This document shows positions 33,101-41,117 of a stretch of 64,000 nucleotides of DNA, one piece after another. The translations under genes were made by a program, and so were the position numbers. How positions within the stretch are numbered: the first letter of the stretch is position 1; every line of letters begins with the position of its first letter. The stretch is from a virus: UHGV virus genome UHGV-1376088. One strand, 5' to 3'. Below the pieces are notes generated by a model, which ran no database searches, was not told the origin of the DNA, and saw nothing but the letters and a program-made list of their open reading frames with translations.

Positions 33101-33966
33101 GGTTCATTAACCATATTGAAGCCTTGGGCAACCGCCTGCCCTACAACAGACTTCATCCATTCCTTACCTATGCTAGCATTTTTATCTGCTGCTATGATTG
33201 TAAATGGATTATGTGCTGGAACATTTTTTGAAAGGTCTCCAACTTCTTTCTTTGCAAAGAATGAGGCACCTTCGCCGACAGCTATATGTCTACGCAGTAT
33301 TTTATTGTAATTAGATGTAACAGAGTGACCTGGCTCAGTTCCGGCAAATTCAGTTAATGTAAGTCTTGTGTTCTCAATAACCACATTGCCCGATGAGTCT
33401 AATAGCTTACCTTTTGAGTATTTAAGACCAGACTCAAAATCTGCATCTGTTAATTCACGCTCACCATACTTTGACGATAAAAATTTGAAATATCTTTTCT
33501 GGGCTTTCAGTAAATCTGATGAAAATTCAAATTCAGATTCTGCTGTTGCGAATGGCGTTAGGATATGTGAAGTGTTAAATGTTCTTAAAATAGAAAAAGG
33601 GGAAAGCTCCTCGAACGCCCTTGCCACGTTCATAGACAAGTTTGCTAAGGTAACTTTCCCCCCGCCGAATACGCTAAGAGCATCCTGCTTTGTTCCTCTA
33701 ATAGAGTCAGCAAGATAGCTAAGATTAACATAGCGTTCTGCTTTTCGTTGCACTTCTTTATTCTTTAATGCCTTATTCGCCAATACAATAGCTTCAAGTG
33801 TCAGTCCGTATTTCATGACCGAACCGATTATATCTTTGGCATCTTGCTCAGATTTATTTTCCTCAATTGTCTGAGCATCCATTAATATTCTACGATGAGC
33901 TAGACTTCCATCTCTTCTGTCTCTATAATCGTCTAGAGCAGACCATCCTATATTGGCTGTTATCAT
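30196..33966 (-). CDS. Giant virion protein (1256 aa) with Gly/Ala-rich hydrophobic segments. The best positional candidate for the tape measure protein, since it directly follows the chaperone-like genes.
   Basis: Segments such as ...AALAAGFYALDNASKVIGTDGSGFGQGITEGLATTFLGAKLL... and ...RGAAIGALLALPFLPGALIG.... The gene order is tube, then chaperone-like 161-aa and 176-aa genes, then this gene. Confidence 0.5.
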   Translation of the reverse strand: MITANIGWSALDDYRDRRDGSLAHRRILMDAQTIEENKSEQDAKDIIGSVMKYGLTLEAIVLANKALKNKEVQRKAERYVNLSYLADSIRGTKQDALSVFGGGKVTLANLSMNVARAFEELSPFSILRTFNTSHILTPFATAESEFEFSSDLLKAQKRYFKFLSSKYGERELTDADFESGLKYSKGKLLDSSGNVVIENTRLTLTEFAGTEPGHSVTSNYNKILRRHIAVGEGASFFAKKEVGDLSKNVPAHNPFTIIAADKNASIGKEWMKSVVGQAVAQGFNMVNEPLGFLEETGGTLINKDSTLFKMIGKYGRINPNATSESTIKELTTGYAKHGITKLAALAAGFYALDNASKVIGTDGSGFGQGITEGLATTFLGAKLLYAETISDRFEEYRQEQEYVAPGSTSLLKLAGFPLAGAMAGGTFAYGRRALPAAIANDGYIKSTREAARESFIFGRNIATLAVNTPVQDALAVGTRARRFATRGAAIGALLALPFLPGALIGESSDEIREEYIYGKDVSIRKNRGWFSSSTPIEGEGIKYFTKNWYQRLMAGNKDKILYGDQDTKEDLNPFLSPFDYLRNPYRLEEMHQGDMPYPVWGMDVSMGGWIGRGLQMAFGDAIKPDLINPRMKELTSELQESGEPQIIPALSITPNVSNKQLSLIGEGKSTYGELAKYDPNTESANYIVSSGLDFIGLKGWAASGVLKDFGLGIPDLKTQYARSGEATNIAKDFEAQNLGGMLGAADVTRRIIPMSADVTGERFNPLKNTASPEWLPNGGYFNDFSRGAFWDKVENGYDRLPGKGYETWNPELSGVDPNDYPDIDKFKILSDVAFGSNEYYKMHEKMEDLYRRKVAGEETEMSDEDAARFEEIYIQSQERSRKKRFFEYKTEEELDGISMWGRMLGSLWESTTHNAELSTERLTFFRPAGKLLHQRTAIEDYVKTQLSEGDTALWNKPYEHFIRPFAEDSYKYIDSEHVPEYIQERRNVDNYFDALEFYKQMQIYRKSAGVNSYEASIAKQKASRTVYGAVASGLDTRQDVESAYGALSDNERAYFSSFVNAKESDRGKISRIVDENNTSEMYKMLWARKDAIDNGEDISALIQQEEQDLINDNHSAYMAYKNSKDADIGISFREYVQELRAASLIEEATGIPTEDFAGWDPRIEIKDVKLRALQLSKEDVREYGFWQSDEDDLSRQSYILNEDQVTTQLASIKETRARREFQRSLLVKDQLMKQGIFAKDIRFSNTGFSDQNINIG

Positions 33967-34493
33967 ACCGGAGGTCCTTCCCTTTCTTCTTCCTGTTTTA
34001 CAATAGGTGCCACTTCATTAGGGAATGCGACATGGCAGGCTGCATACATTTCAAATAGGTCGTTGATTGGAATATTTTTTACTTCTGTGTATTTTATTCC
34101 AAGAAACCTAGATATAACTGCAGCCATAGCCTCTACCATAGGAACAGACTCTACAGCCCTATCGTATGCCTTAAAGGGATCGTCGACGTATTCTTTTGAT
34201 TTTATAAATATAATTTTACCAACGGTAGATACAAATCCCGCTGAAGAACTATTGTAGTCGACCCCTTTTGGAATACCTGGCACATCTATAACGCAAGATT
34301 TAAATATCTCTTCGTATAGCTCATCTTCGTTTGCGCTATCCTCTATGTTGATACGCATAGCTCTATCTAGCTCAGTCATAGACATTAGTCTAGCCAAGAC
34401 AGATAGATTTTTAAACATTCGCCCCTCGATTTGAATAGGGGTGTTATTAAAGGGGATAACAATTGTCCCCGTCTTCAAATCCAATGCACTCAT
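33963..34493 (-). CDS. Hypothetical protein (176 aa), possibly a tail assembly chaperone-like protein.
   Basis: A small gene between the tube paralogs and the first giant protein. TAATG overlap with the upstream gene. Confidence 0.3.
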   Translation of the reverse strand: MSALDLKTGTIVIPFNNTPIQIEGRMFKNLSVLARLMSMTELDRAMRINIEDSANEDELYEEIFKSCVIDVPGIPKGVDYNSSSAGFVSTVGKIIFIKSKEYVDDPFKAYDRAVESVPMVEAMAAVISRFLGIKYTEVKNIPINDLFEMYAACHVAFPNEVAPIVKQEEEREGPPV

Positions 34494-34978
34494 TATAGAA
34501 TCTTAATTTGTGAATATGCTTGTTGTAATGGAACAAATCCTGAGCGGTACATAATTTGCTCTTTTAGTGTAGAGATAAATCCTGCTGGAGCAGTAGTCAA
34601 AAATTCCTGCTTCGCTTCAGGATACAATAGGCAGCGGCGTACTACCGAGTCTTCTGCTCTAACCTCATTGTCCATCATTCCCTGTTTAATCATGTTGGAA
34701 TACTCTTGGCGTCTTAATACACGCCAAATGAATATATCCTTGCCACCCAATACTGATGATACATGAATCGTGCCGTACTTCTCTAGCCATGCTTCAATAT
34801 CATAGAGTTTAGGCGCATCCTCTTTATCTGAAAGAGCGTTAAGAAGAATATCGATATCAGTCTGTTCTTTTTGTTCTTCTTCGATATTTTCTTTGGCTTG
34901 CTCTAACTGCTCATGTTCATCTGGAGATAGATCATCTGGATTTAACGATTCTAGTCCTTCAATTTTTTCAACTCTCAT
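34493..34978 (-). CDS. Acidic hypothetical protein (161 aa), possibly a tail assembly chaperone.
   Basis: Highly acidic N-terminal half (DDLSPDEHEQLEQAKENIEEEQKEQTD). It occupies the position that gpG-like chaperones take in myovirus tail modules. Confidence 0.3.
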   Translation of the reverse strand: MRVEKIEGLESLNPDDLSPDEHEQLEQAKENIEEEQKEQTDIDILLNALSDKEDAPKLYDIEAWLEKYGTIHVSSVLGGKDIFIWRVLRRQEYSNMIKQGMMDNEVRAEDSVVRRCLLYPEAKQEFLTTAPAGFISTLKEQIMYRSGFVPLQQAYSQIKIL

Positions 34979-35925
34979 TCTGGAATTACCTCTTTAGCAA
35001 TAAATTTATATCCGTCAATTAACTGGCCATCTGAGCCGATATCTACTGAATGTTCATACCCAACTATTCTACATTCTACAATAGATATTCGTTGTTGAAC
35101 ACCCTCTGTAACAGCATCAGAATTATTATAAACCATATGAATAGTAAAGCTACCAAGGTCCGCCCAGTCTAATACAGACTTAGCCGATACCTGCTCGTTT
35201 TGATATTCTTTCAATTGCTTTCTATATTTGGCTAGCTCTTCGGATGTTAATTGGATTTGCTCATATGGGCTTAGGATTTTAAACTCATTGGTTCTGCCGC
35301 GATAATGCGCAATAACTCTAGCCAGATAATCTTTTTCTGCCTTATTGATTCTAATAATACCGTTTGTTAAGACATTGCCTCTGGCTAAAAAATCGTATCT
35401 ACTATTACCAATAGTGTAAATTGGTGTACTTGTTAGAGTCTCATTTACAGCGATTCCGGCCGCTCTGTCTATTAGAATATCGCCAATGTATATATTGAAA
35501 TCACTAGAAGAGAAATACTTTGTATACAGCCCATCGTATGATGCAGTTTGTACTTTCTTATGAGCCAATGCTCTTTCTGCGTCTGTTTCTCCCGGATTAG
35601 GATTATATGGCCTAGCCCTACCCTTTGAAGAGATAGCCGACATATTATCAACGGGGTCAACTTTGCTTGAACTCTTTGGGACGCCTTTTGGTTTAAAGTC
35701 CGTAGAATTACTTCTAGAGTCTTTAATTTGCGGATACATCTTTTCAATAACTGTTTTATCCACAGTGATCGATTTGCCCGGCGCAAGTCTTTTGGCAAGA
35801 GAATATTCTAGACCTATATTATATTCTCTAGACTGATTCTCTACGACATTACCGTCTACAGATACGACAATACCATTATCGGTATTCTCTATATTATATT
35901 TTGATTTAGCCATTATTTCTTCCAA
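34975..35925 (-). CDS. Tail-tube-fold paralog (316 aa), possibly a tube initiator or terminator-type protein.
   Basis: Its segment IAVNETLTSTPIYTIGNSRYDFLARGNVLTNGIIRI aligns with PIHTMGSPDARAIARGKRTCMGSCVF in the 234-aa tube protein. It also aligns with VPVYNLGNTNIDGFAIGKRYVAGSIV in the 466-aa tube paralog. Confidence 0.45.
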   Translation of the reverse strand: MEEIMAKSKYNIENTDNGIVVSVDGNVVENQSREYNIGLEYSLAKRLAPGKSITVDKTVIEKMYPQIKDSRSNSTDFKPKGVPKSSSKVDPVDNMSAISSKGRARPYNPNPGETDAERALAHKKVQTASYDGLYTKYFSSSDFNIYIGDILIDRAAGIAVNETLTSTPIYTIGNSRYDFLARGNVLTNGIIRINKAEKDYLARVIAHYRGRTNEFKILSPYEQIQLTSEELAKYRKQLKEYQNEQVSAKSVLDWADLGSFTIHMVYNNSDAVTEGVQQRISIVECRIVGYEHSVDIGSDGQLIDGYKFIAKEVIPE

Positions 35926-37313
35926 GTTTTTCTATGTGCCGCCGGGTCGACAATATTATCGCCTCCCCATAGCCCGCGCTTATTAGCCTTAGCATCATGA
36001 TATTTCTTCTTAATCCTATTAATATCTTCAGCTGACATGCCGGCTTGTCTTGCACCCTCTGGCTTAAACCACGCCAATCCTGCCTCTACTATTGCTTCAA
36101 CATATCTTGGATTGAAGAATAATTTACGACCGTAAACATCTGTACCTGTAATCTTTGTTACACCGTCATCAATGTCCTTATCCCATTTTCCATCGGCTAT
36201 ATATTTTTCGAGAAAGGCTTTTGCTTCATATCCATACTCTTGACCTTTATCTATATGGTCCCCTTTATCATGGTCAGTTTCCGGAGTATCAATGCCCATA
36301 AAACGCAAGTGAGTGTTGCCGTCTTCCTGCACTTGCTTAAACTTTGAGCCATCTATATTTCTGACATGCACATACACGGTATCGCCGTCATCCACAAAGA
36401 AGCCTGGAGCTGTTGATTTAAACGTCGCCTTATCGATATATTTATTATCATATTCAGAAGGCTTAGAACCGGATGTGCTGTCTGGGGCATCTGTTGCTCC
36501 CTGCTTACGATACTCTTCTCTTGCTGCATCTATATAGCTTTGAGGAACATTTGCTTCAGTTCCATTTCCTGCAAGCTGAGAGTAGGCATTGATTCGGTTA
36601 ATTTCATCTTGAGACCATGTGCCTTTTTTAACTGCATCGTTTACAGACTGATTCCATCTGTCGTAGTAATATGATGTGTCGCTATTATTATAATTTACAG
36701 CATCTCCTGATAATTGAGAGGCCTTTACACCATTGTATTTAGATTCGCCATATACAACGCTGCCAATTTTATTTCGCGTTTGTCTAGCATCTCTAGCAAC
36801 AAATGAAAGGGTATTTTCTGTGATAAGATCGTGGATTGAGTGAACTTGTCCAGAATTGATTAAGGTTGCCCCATAGATAACCTCTGAAACGGAGAACCCT
36901 CCATATTCTGAACTAAGAAGAATGATGATATCAAATGGCAAAATATCATCCGCCATTAGGTGATGATATGCCTTTTGTTTTTCGAGCTTTAATTGATAGA
37001 TAGAATCGACCGGTTCTTTAATTCCAATGCCGTCTGCGATGTCTTGCATGAATTGTCGAAGGTCGTCGTGTAGAAAGGATGTCTTAACGATAGATCCGGC
37101 TACATATCTTTTGCCTATGGCGAATCCGTCGATATTTGTATTGCCCAAGTTATAGACCGGGACTTTGTCTCTGAATATTTGATAAGACAGCGAAAGAAGA
37201 CTGCCCATGTAAAGATAGCCGTATCCAGGGAAGTTAAAAATAATGTGGGTGGCATCGCCACCCACAGAATGATATTCTTCCTTGTGTAATGGCTGATTTT
37301 TGTAATCTTGCAT
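35913..37313 (-). CDS. Tail-tube paralog fused to a C-terminal staphylococcal nuclease (SNase/thermonuclease) domain (466 aa).
   Basis: The N-terminal ~190 aa are paralogous to the 234-aa tube protein (DDILPFDIIILLSSEYGGFSVSEVIYG versus DQILPFDIVLASTNEFGSSTKMTIYG). The C-terminal region contains FFVDDGDTVYV...LRFMGIDTPET...YGYEAKAFLEKYI...DVYGRKLFF...EAIVEAGLAW. This matches the SNase motifs IDGDTVKL...FRLLLVDTPE...YGPEASAFTKKMV...DKYGRGLAY...EALVRQGLAK, including the Ca-ligand and catalytic Asp/Glu/Arg positions. Confidence 0.75.
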   Translation of the reverse strand: MQDYKNQPLHKEEYHSVGGDATHIIFNFPGYGYLYMGSLLSLSYQIFRDKVPVYNLGNTNIDGFAIGKRYVAGSIVKTSFLHDDLRQFMQDIADGIGIKEPVDSIYQLKLEKQKAYHHLMADDILPFDIIILLSSEYGGFSVSEVIYGATLINSGQVHSIHDLITENTLSFVARDARQTRNKIGSVVYGESKYNGVKASQLSGDAVNYNNSDTSYYYDRWNQSVNDAVKKGTWSQDEINRINAYSQLAGNGTEANVPQSYIDAAREEYRKQGATDAPDSTSGSKPSEYDNKYIDKATFKSTAPGFFVDDGDTVYVHVRNIDGSKFKQVQEDGNTHLRFMGIDTPETDHDKGDHIDKGQEYGYEAKAFLEKYIADGKWDKDIDDGVTKITGTDVYGRKLFFNPRYVEAIVEAGLAWFKPEGARQAGMSAEDINRIKKKYHDAKANKRGLWGGDNIVDPAAHRKTWKK

Positions 37314-37343
37314 ATTACACCTATAGGAGAATAAGTTTAAGTA

Positions 37344-38048
37344 TTAACGAGAGTTAAAGGTATCCATCGGCTCCCATGGAGATACAGAGCGGGCAATAAA
37401 TGAATATTGTTTCTCAGTAGTCAAGTCGTCGATAGAAATACCACCAGACTCGGATACAAACTCTACGCCGTAGATGGTCATCTTAGTAGAGCTACCAAAT
37501 TCGTTAGTAGAAGCCAATACGATATCGAATGGGAGAATTTGGTCAGCCAGACGAGCTTTTGTCAGATCGCGCAGACCTGAACGAATACCTTGAGAGGTAT
37601 TTAAGTCTAGTTTACCATATTCTGGATTCAATGTACCACCGCCACGGATGCCGTTGTTAGCTTTAGGATCGGTAGAACCATAAATAGCATTACGAGCAGC
37701 TTCTGGGATAGCATCTTGATATTGGCCATTGTTAATGTGTTTATACGTACCGCCACGACGATAGTTTGCGGTTTCATGTTTACCAAGCCACACGTCTGAA
37801 CGACCCATTTCGTCCATGATGTCAAACAGCGCTTCACGGTCAAATACTGTAAATACGCAAGAACCCATACATGTACGTTTACCACGCGCGATTGCACGAG
37901 CGTCTGGAGAGCCCATAGTGTGAATAGGCACTTTCTCACGGTCAAGACGATAAGAGATCATCTGCATGGTGCCGATTGGTTTACCAGCTAATACTGGTGT
38001 AATATCTACACCTGAAGTGGTGGCATTATATGTAACAAAATCTGACAT
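37344..38048 (-). CDS. Tail tube protein (234 aa).
   Basis: Lies immediately downstream of the sheath gene. Shares the strong translational-selection codon bias of the sheath gene (CGT/CTG/GGT/ACC codons). Has two longer paralogs directly downstream. Confidence 0.65.
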   Translation of the reverse strand: MSDFVTYNATTSGVDITPVLAGKPIGTMQMISYRLDREKVPIHTMGSPDARAIARGKRTCMGSCVFTVFDREALFDIMDEMGRSDVWLGKHETANYRRGGTYKHINNGQYQDAIPEAARNAIYGSTDPKANNGIRGGGTLNPEYGKLDLNTSQGIRSGLRDLTKARLADQILPFDIVLASTNEFGSSTKMTIYGVEFVSESGGISIDDLTTEKQYSFIARSVSPWEPMDTFNSR

Positions 38049-38067
38049 AATATTCCTGATTTAATTT

Positions 38068-38087
38068 GGAGGGGATTAAACCCCTCC
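38068..38087. promoter_or_regulatory. GC-rich stem-loop (GGAGGGG-ATTAAA-CCCCTCC) in the 45-nt sheath-tube intergenic spacer.
   Basis: Perfect 7-bp inverted repeat read directly from the sequence. On the minus-strand mRNA it overlaps an AAGGAGGGG element and is not followed by a U tract. Confidence 0.5.
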
Positions 38088-38093
38088 TTTATC

Positions 38094-40349
38094 TTAGATT
38101 TCTAGGGCCAGTTTAACGGCTACGTTAATCTCACGCAGTTCAAATGCAGGAACGATAGTCAGAGCTACGTCCAGACTTGCACGTCCATTAACGATAGGAC
38201 GTTGATTCACTACATGCAGATATTTGACAATATGTCCTTGCTCTACCAGACGTTGCAATGCGCCTTCGATCGCTACGTCTACAGCGGCTAAGGTTGCCTC
38301 TGTTAGACCACGACCGATGAACGGTTGAACAACGTCACGAACAGCGTTAGAAGCCTCAGCAACAGCCATAGTAGTTGAGAGCAGACGGTAGTCTGAATCA
38401 GCAGTAGTAGCCAGTTCGCCTGAAACTACACGAACACTATTGTTAGTGGTTTTGAAGAATACGTAACCAGCACCAGTCAATTGGTCCAGTTTCAATTTTT
38501 TGATTTCGCCAGGCAATGAGATGCGAGGGATCAACATATTGGTAGTAGATACGCTAGCATCGATAGTAGTAATCAGACCGGCATAAACTGCTGCACCGTT
38601 GGTAACGATAGTGTTAGAACCAGCAGAAGAATAAGAAGGAGTTACGATTACTTGAGGAACTACAGACAGGAATTTACCAATATTAATTGGAGCACCGTTA
38701 GAGTCGGTAACAATAGCGCCATCTACGAATCCAGAAATGGTTTTGTAGAATCCGCGGCGAGTGTCTGCACGTTCAACCATATTGCGAAGACCTAGCAATC
38801 CAGTACCGTTAGATACGATGTTGCCCAGTGCGTCATATGTTGCAGGAGAACCGATCCAGCGGTTAACCTCATACTGAGACAGTGAACGTGGCATTGTAGC
38901 GCCGATGGTAACCAAGCAGAACTGTTCGTTTTCAGAAATAGTGTTTGCGAAGTTTGCTAACAGGTGAGCAAAGTTTGCTTCGTGATAACGTCTGTATACG
39001 ATAGGTTGACCGTTACCGTTAATATCGGCTTCAGCTGGATTAGCAGTAGTGGCAGTACCACGGTTTTTACGGTACAGAACTTTCTCAGTTGACCATTCGT
39101 ATTTCAATTCACCGTTATCTTCTGATACATAAACGTAGTCAAGACGGTCAAGATCGTTAGAGCCGTCAGCAATGTTCGGAGCATCAATTACAGCGTAGTC
39201 TGTAACAACAGAGATAGCATTAACTGATTCCAATTCTGCCAGAGCGGTATGAAGCAGTTCGTAGTAGTTTTTCCAAGTGGTATTGATATTGTCTTCGCCC
39301 TCTTCGTATTCGCCAGTAACAGCTTCACGTTTAGGGTCTACGGTGTACTCTACGATAATTGAGCTTTGTTCGCCAGGGGCTTCGGTAAGTTTCAACGCTT
39401 TAGCATCTGAACCGGCGCTGTCATTTTGAACGTTTGAATCCTCAGTTTTATCTTGGCCGGCAACTTTCACAACATCAAGAGTTACTTCGTAATCTTTTTT
39501 AGTGCCAGGAAGAACAAACTCGTCTTTATTACCTTTACCAATGAAGACTGCAGAACCTGCAACTTTACCGCTGGACTTGAATGTATACAGAACTTGAATT
39601 TCTTTGGCTTGTTCTGGAGCGGTAGTAAATTCTACATATTGAGAAGATGTGGCTTTATCCACTTTTACAGAGAAGTCTGTTCCAGAGTTTTTAGCTTCGC
39701 CATCAACGGTAAGTGTCTTAACGGTTACTTCGTCAGTTTTGGTAACGCCAGGCAGACTGAATTTGGTAGTAGTACCATTACCGATAAATTTAGCAGTGCG
39801 GCTGTACTCTTTCAGGATAACTTCAGAGAATGGAATTGGTTCAGTTGGTGTACCAATTTTTACTTTGGTATCAGGGTCGAATCCAAATACTTCTACTTGG
39901 TTACGGTTGATTTCAGAACCAGGTACGTTAGAGTAGACGATTTCGTTGCCTTTGAAGACAATCAGACATGCCTTACCGTCGTTGTTTGGACGAGGACCAA
40001 CGTATACTTTAAGATTGTCTACTGCTGATACTGATGCCTCTACTGCGGCAAGATAGCTATCTTTGCCGAAGATATTTTTCAGTTTAGCCTGCTTACCACC
40101 AATGCGGTACAGGGATACACGGCGAGCTCCGCCAATGAGAGCTTCTGACATCTTACGGATTAATGGAGAGTCTTGACCAAATACAGCAGCTGCACGGTTG
40201 GTGTCAGTCACTGGGTATAGAGCATTAGTCAGACCTTTTTCTGCGCGACCGATAATAAGTACGCGAGGAGAGCTATCAGTTTGGTCGATACGAAGGTTAC
40301 CATCCAGAAGCTCTAGGTTTACACCTGGTAAGTGTTGATATGTGGCCAT
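38094..40349 (-). CDS. Contractile tail sheath protein (751 aa).
   Basis: N-terminus is MATYQHLPGVNLELLDGNL...PRVLIIGRAEKGLTNALYPVTDTNRAAAVFGQDSP...GGARRVSLYRIG. This fits the conserved sheath N-terminal pattern (PG[IV].L.e...G...G.........FG...; compare T4 gp18 SPGIELKE...FGQP...GNDLRVVRAVD). C-terminus ...RASLDVALTIVPAFELREINVAVKLA matches the sheath C-terminal pattern (T4 ...RNEFVATFYIQPARSINYITLNFVA). Strong high-expression codon bias. Confidence 0.8.
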   Translation of the reverse strand: MATYQHLPGVNLELLDGNLRIDQTDSSPRVLIIGRAEKGLTNALYPVTDTNRAAAVFGQDSPLIRKMSEALIGGARRVSLYRIGGKQAKLKNIFGKDSYLAAVEASVSAVDNLKVYVGPRPNNDGKACLIVFKGNEIVYSNVPGSEINRNQVEVFGFDPDTKVKIGTPTEPIPFSEVILKEYSRTAKFIGNGTTTKFSLPGVTKTDEVTVKTLTVDGEAKNSGTDFSVKVDKATSSQYVEFTTAPEQAKEIQVLYTFKSSGKVAGSAVFIGKGNKDEFVLPGTKKDYEVTLDVVKVAGQDKTEDSNVQNDSAGSDAKALKLTEAPGEQSSIIVEYTVDPKREAVTGEYEEGEDNINTTWKNYYELLHTALAELESVNAISVVTDYAVIDAPNIADGSNDLDRLDYVYVSEDNGELKYEWSTEKVLYRKNRGTATTANPAEADINGNGQPIVYRRYHEANFAHLLANFANTISENEQFCLVTIGATMPRSLSQYEVNRWIGSPATYDALGNIVSNGTGLLGLRNMVERADTRRGFYKTISGFVDGAIVTDSNGAPINIGKFLSVVPQVIVTPSYSSAGSNTIVTNGAAVYAGLITTIDASVSTTNMLIPRISLPGEIKKLKLDQLTGAGYVFFKTTNNSVRVVSGELATTADSDYRLLSTTMAVAEASNAVRDVVQPFIGRGLTEATLAAVDVAIEGALQRLVEQGHIVKYLHVVNQRPIVNGRASLDVALTIVPAFELREINVAVKLALEI

Positions 40350-40361
40350 TTATTTACCTTA

Positions 40362-41117
40362 TCATTTATCTATCAATTTTGTTATTTTTTCTACTTCCCT
40401 ATTTTTTAGGGAGTTAACGACTTGACTATAGGTTTTAATTGCTACAATCTCGTCCTGTTTGATGAACCCAGGTTCTGCTGTTCCTATGAGATAGGAAAGT
40501 GTAACTCCAAACAGTCTCCGGTTTTTATAATGGTCGGTGTTAATTGTAGGTGACCTACCCTTATAAACCATATATCTAATCGCCCGCTTGAAATGGGGAT
40601 TAAATTTTAAAAATAGATTTTCCAGAGTTGAAGCTAGCCTTCTTGCATCCCTAGCGTTTGTAGACCAGGCAGTGAAACTAACTAGATTGTCATACATCGC
40701 TTCATAGACAACAGCTAGTCTGTCTTGGTTAGTCTTTACCTGACCAAGTAAAACTGGTCTATATTGCTTAGTACCACCTTGTACTACTTTTGAATCAAAA
40801 ATAGCCGGTTCTCTCCGTGAGATTTCCCACGTTACAACATTTTGAACCGGCGTATCGTCTGGCTGGTCAGGGAAAATTTCAGTAAAGTAAAATTTGTTTG
40901 AATCATATGGTCCAAACTCTAACTCATTTTCGATGAGAAGCCCTTCTGATTTGAATAGAGGATATAGCGATTCCATAAAATTGTCAATCGTTAATCCTGC
41001 ACGCTCTTCAAATATCTGCTCTAAAGGTATTGATTCGACTGCTTTTCTATTTGAAACCTGGATAAGTTGCTTTAATGCATATTCGTATGGATCTCTTAGA
41101 TCATATTCTTCTATCAT
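40362..41117 (-). CDS. Hypothetical protein (251 aa), a neck or tail-completion region protein.
   Basis: Lies directly upstream of the sheath gene in the same operon. No motif recognised. Confidence 0.4.
   Translation of the reverse strand: MIEEYDLRDPYEYALKQLIQVSNRKAVESIPLEQIFEERAGLTIDNFMESLYPLFKSEGLLIENELEFGPYDSNKFYFTEIFPDQPDDTPVQNVVTWEISRREPAIFDSKVVQGGTKQYRPVLLGQVKTNQDRLAVVYEAMYDNLVSFTAWSTNARDARRLASTLENLFLKFNPHFKRAIRYMVYKGRSPTINTDHYKNRRLFGVTLSYLIGTAEPGFIKQDEIVAIKTYSQVVNSLKNREVEKITKLIDK

Noticed and set aside
33963-34978. A programmed -1 frameshift joining the 161-aa and 176-aa chaperone-like genes (gpG/GT style).
   Set aside because: No XXXYYYZ slippery heptamer is visible near the 3' end of the upstream gene. 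The junction is a simple TAATG overlap and the two ORFs are consistent with independent translation.
38068-38087. The sheath-tube hairpin as a terminator for the minus-strand operon.
   Set aside because: In the minus-strand orientation the stem is followed by AAAUUAAAU, not a U tract. It is therefore recorded only as a stem-loop of uncertain function.
39453-40028. A 191-aa plus-strand ORF inside the sheath gene, and a similar 179-aa ORF at 59042..59581 inside the 292-aa gene.
   Set aside because: Antisense artefacts of the high-expression codon bias. Their low-complexity F/V/R-rich translations are not protein-like.
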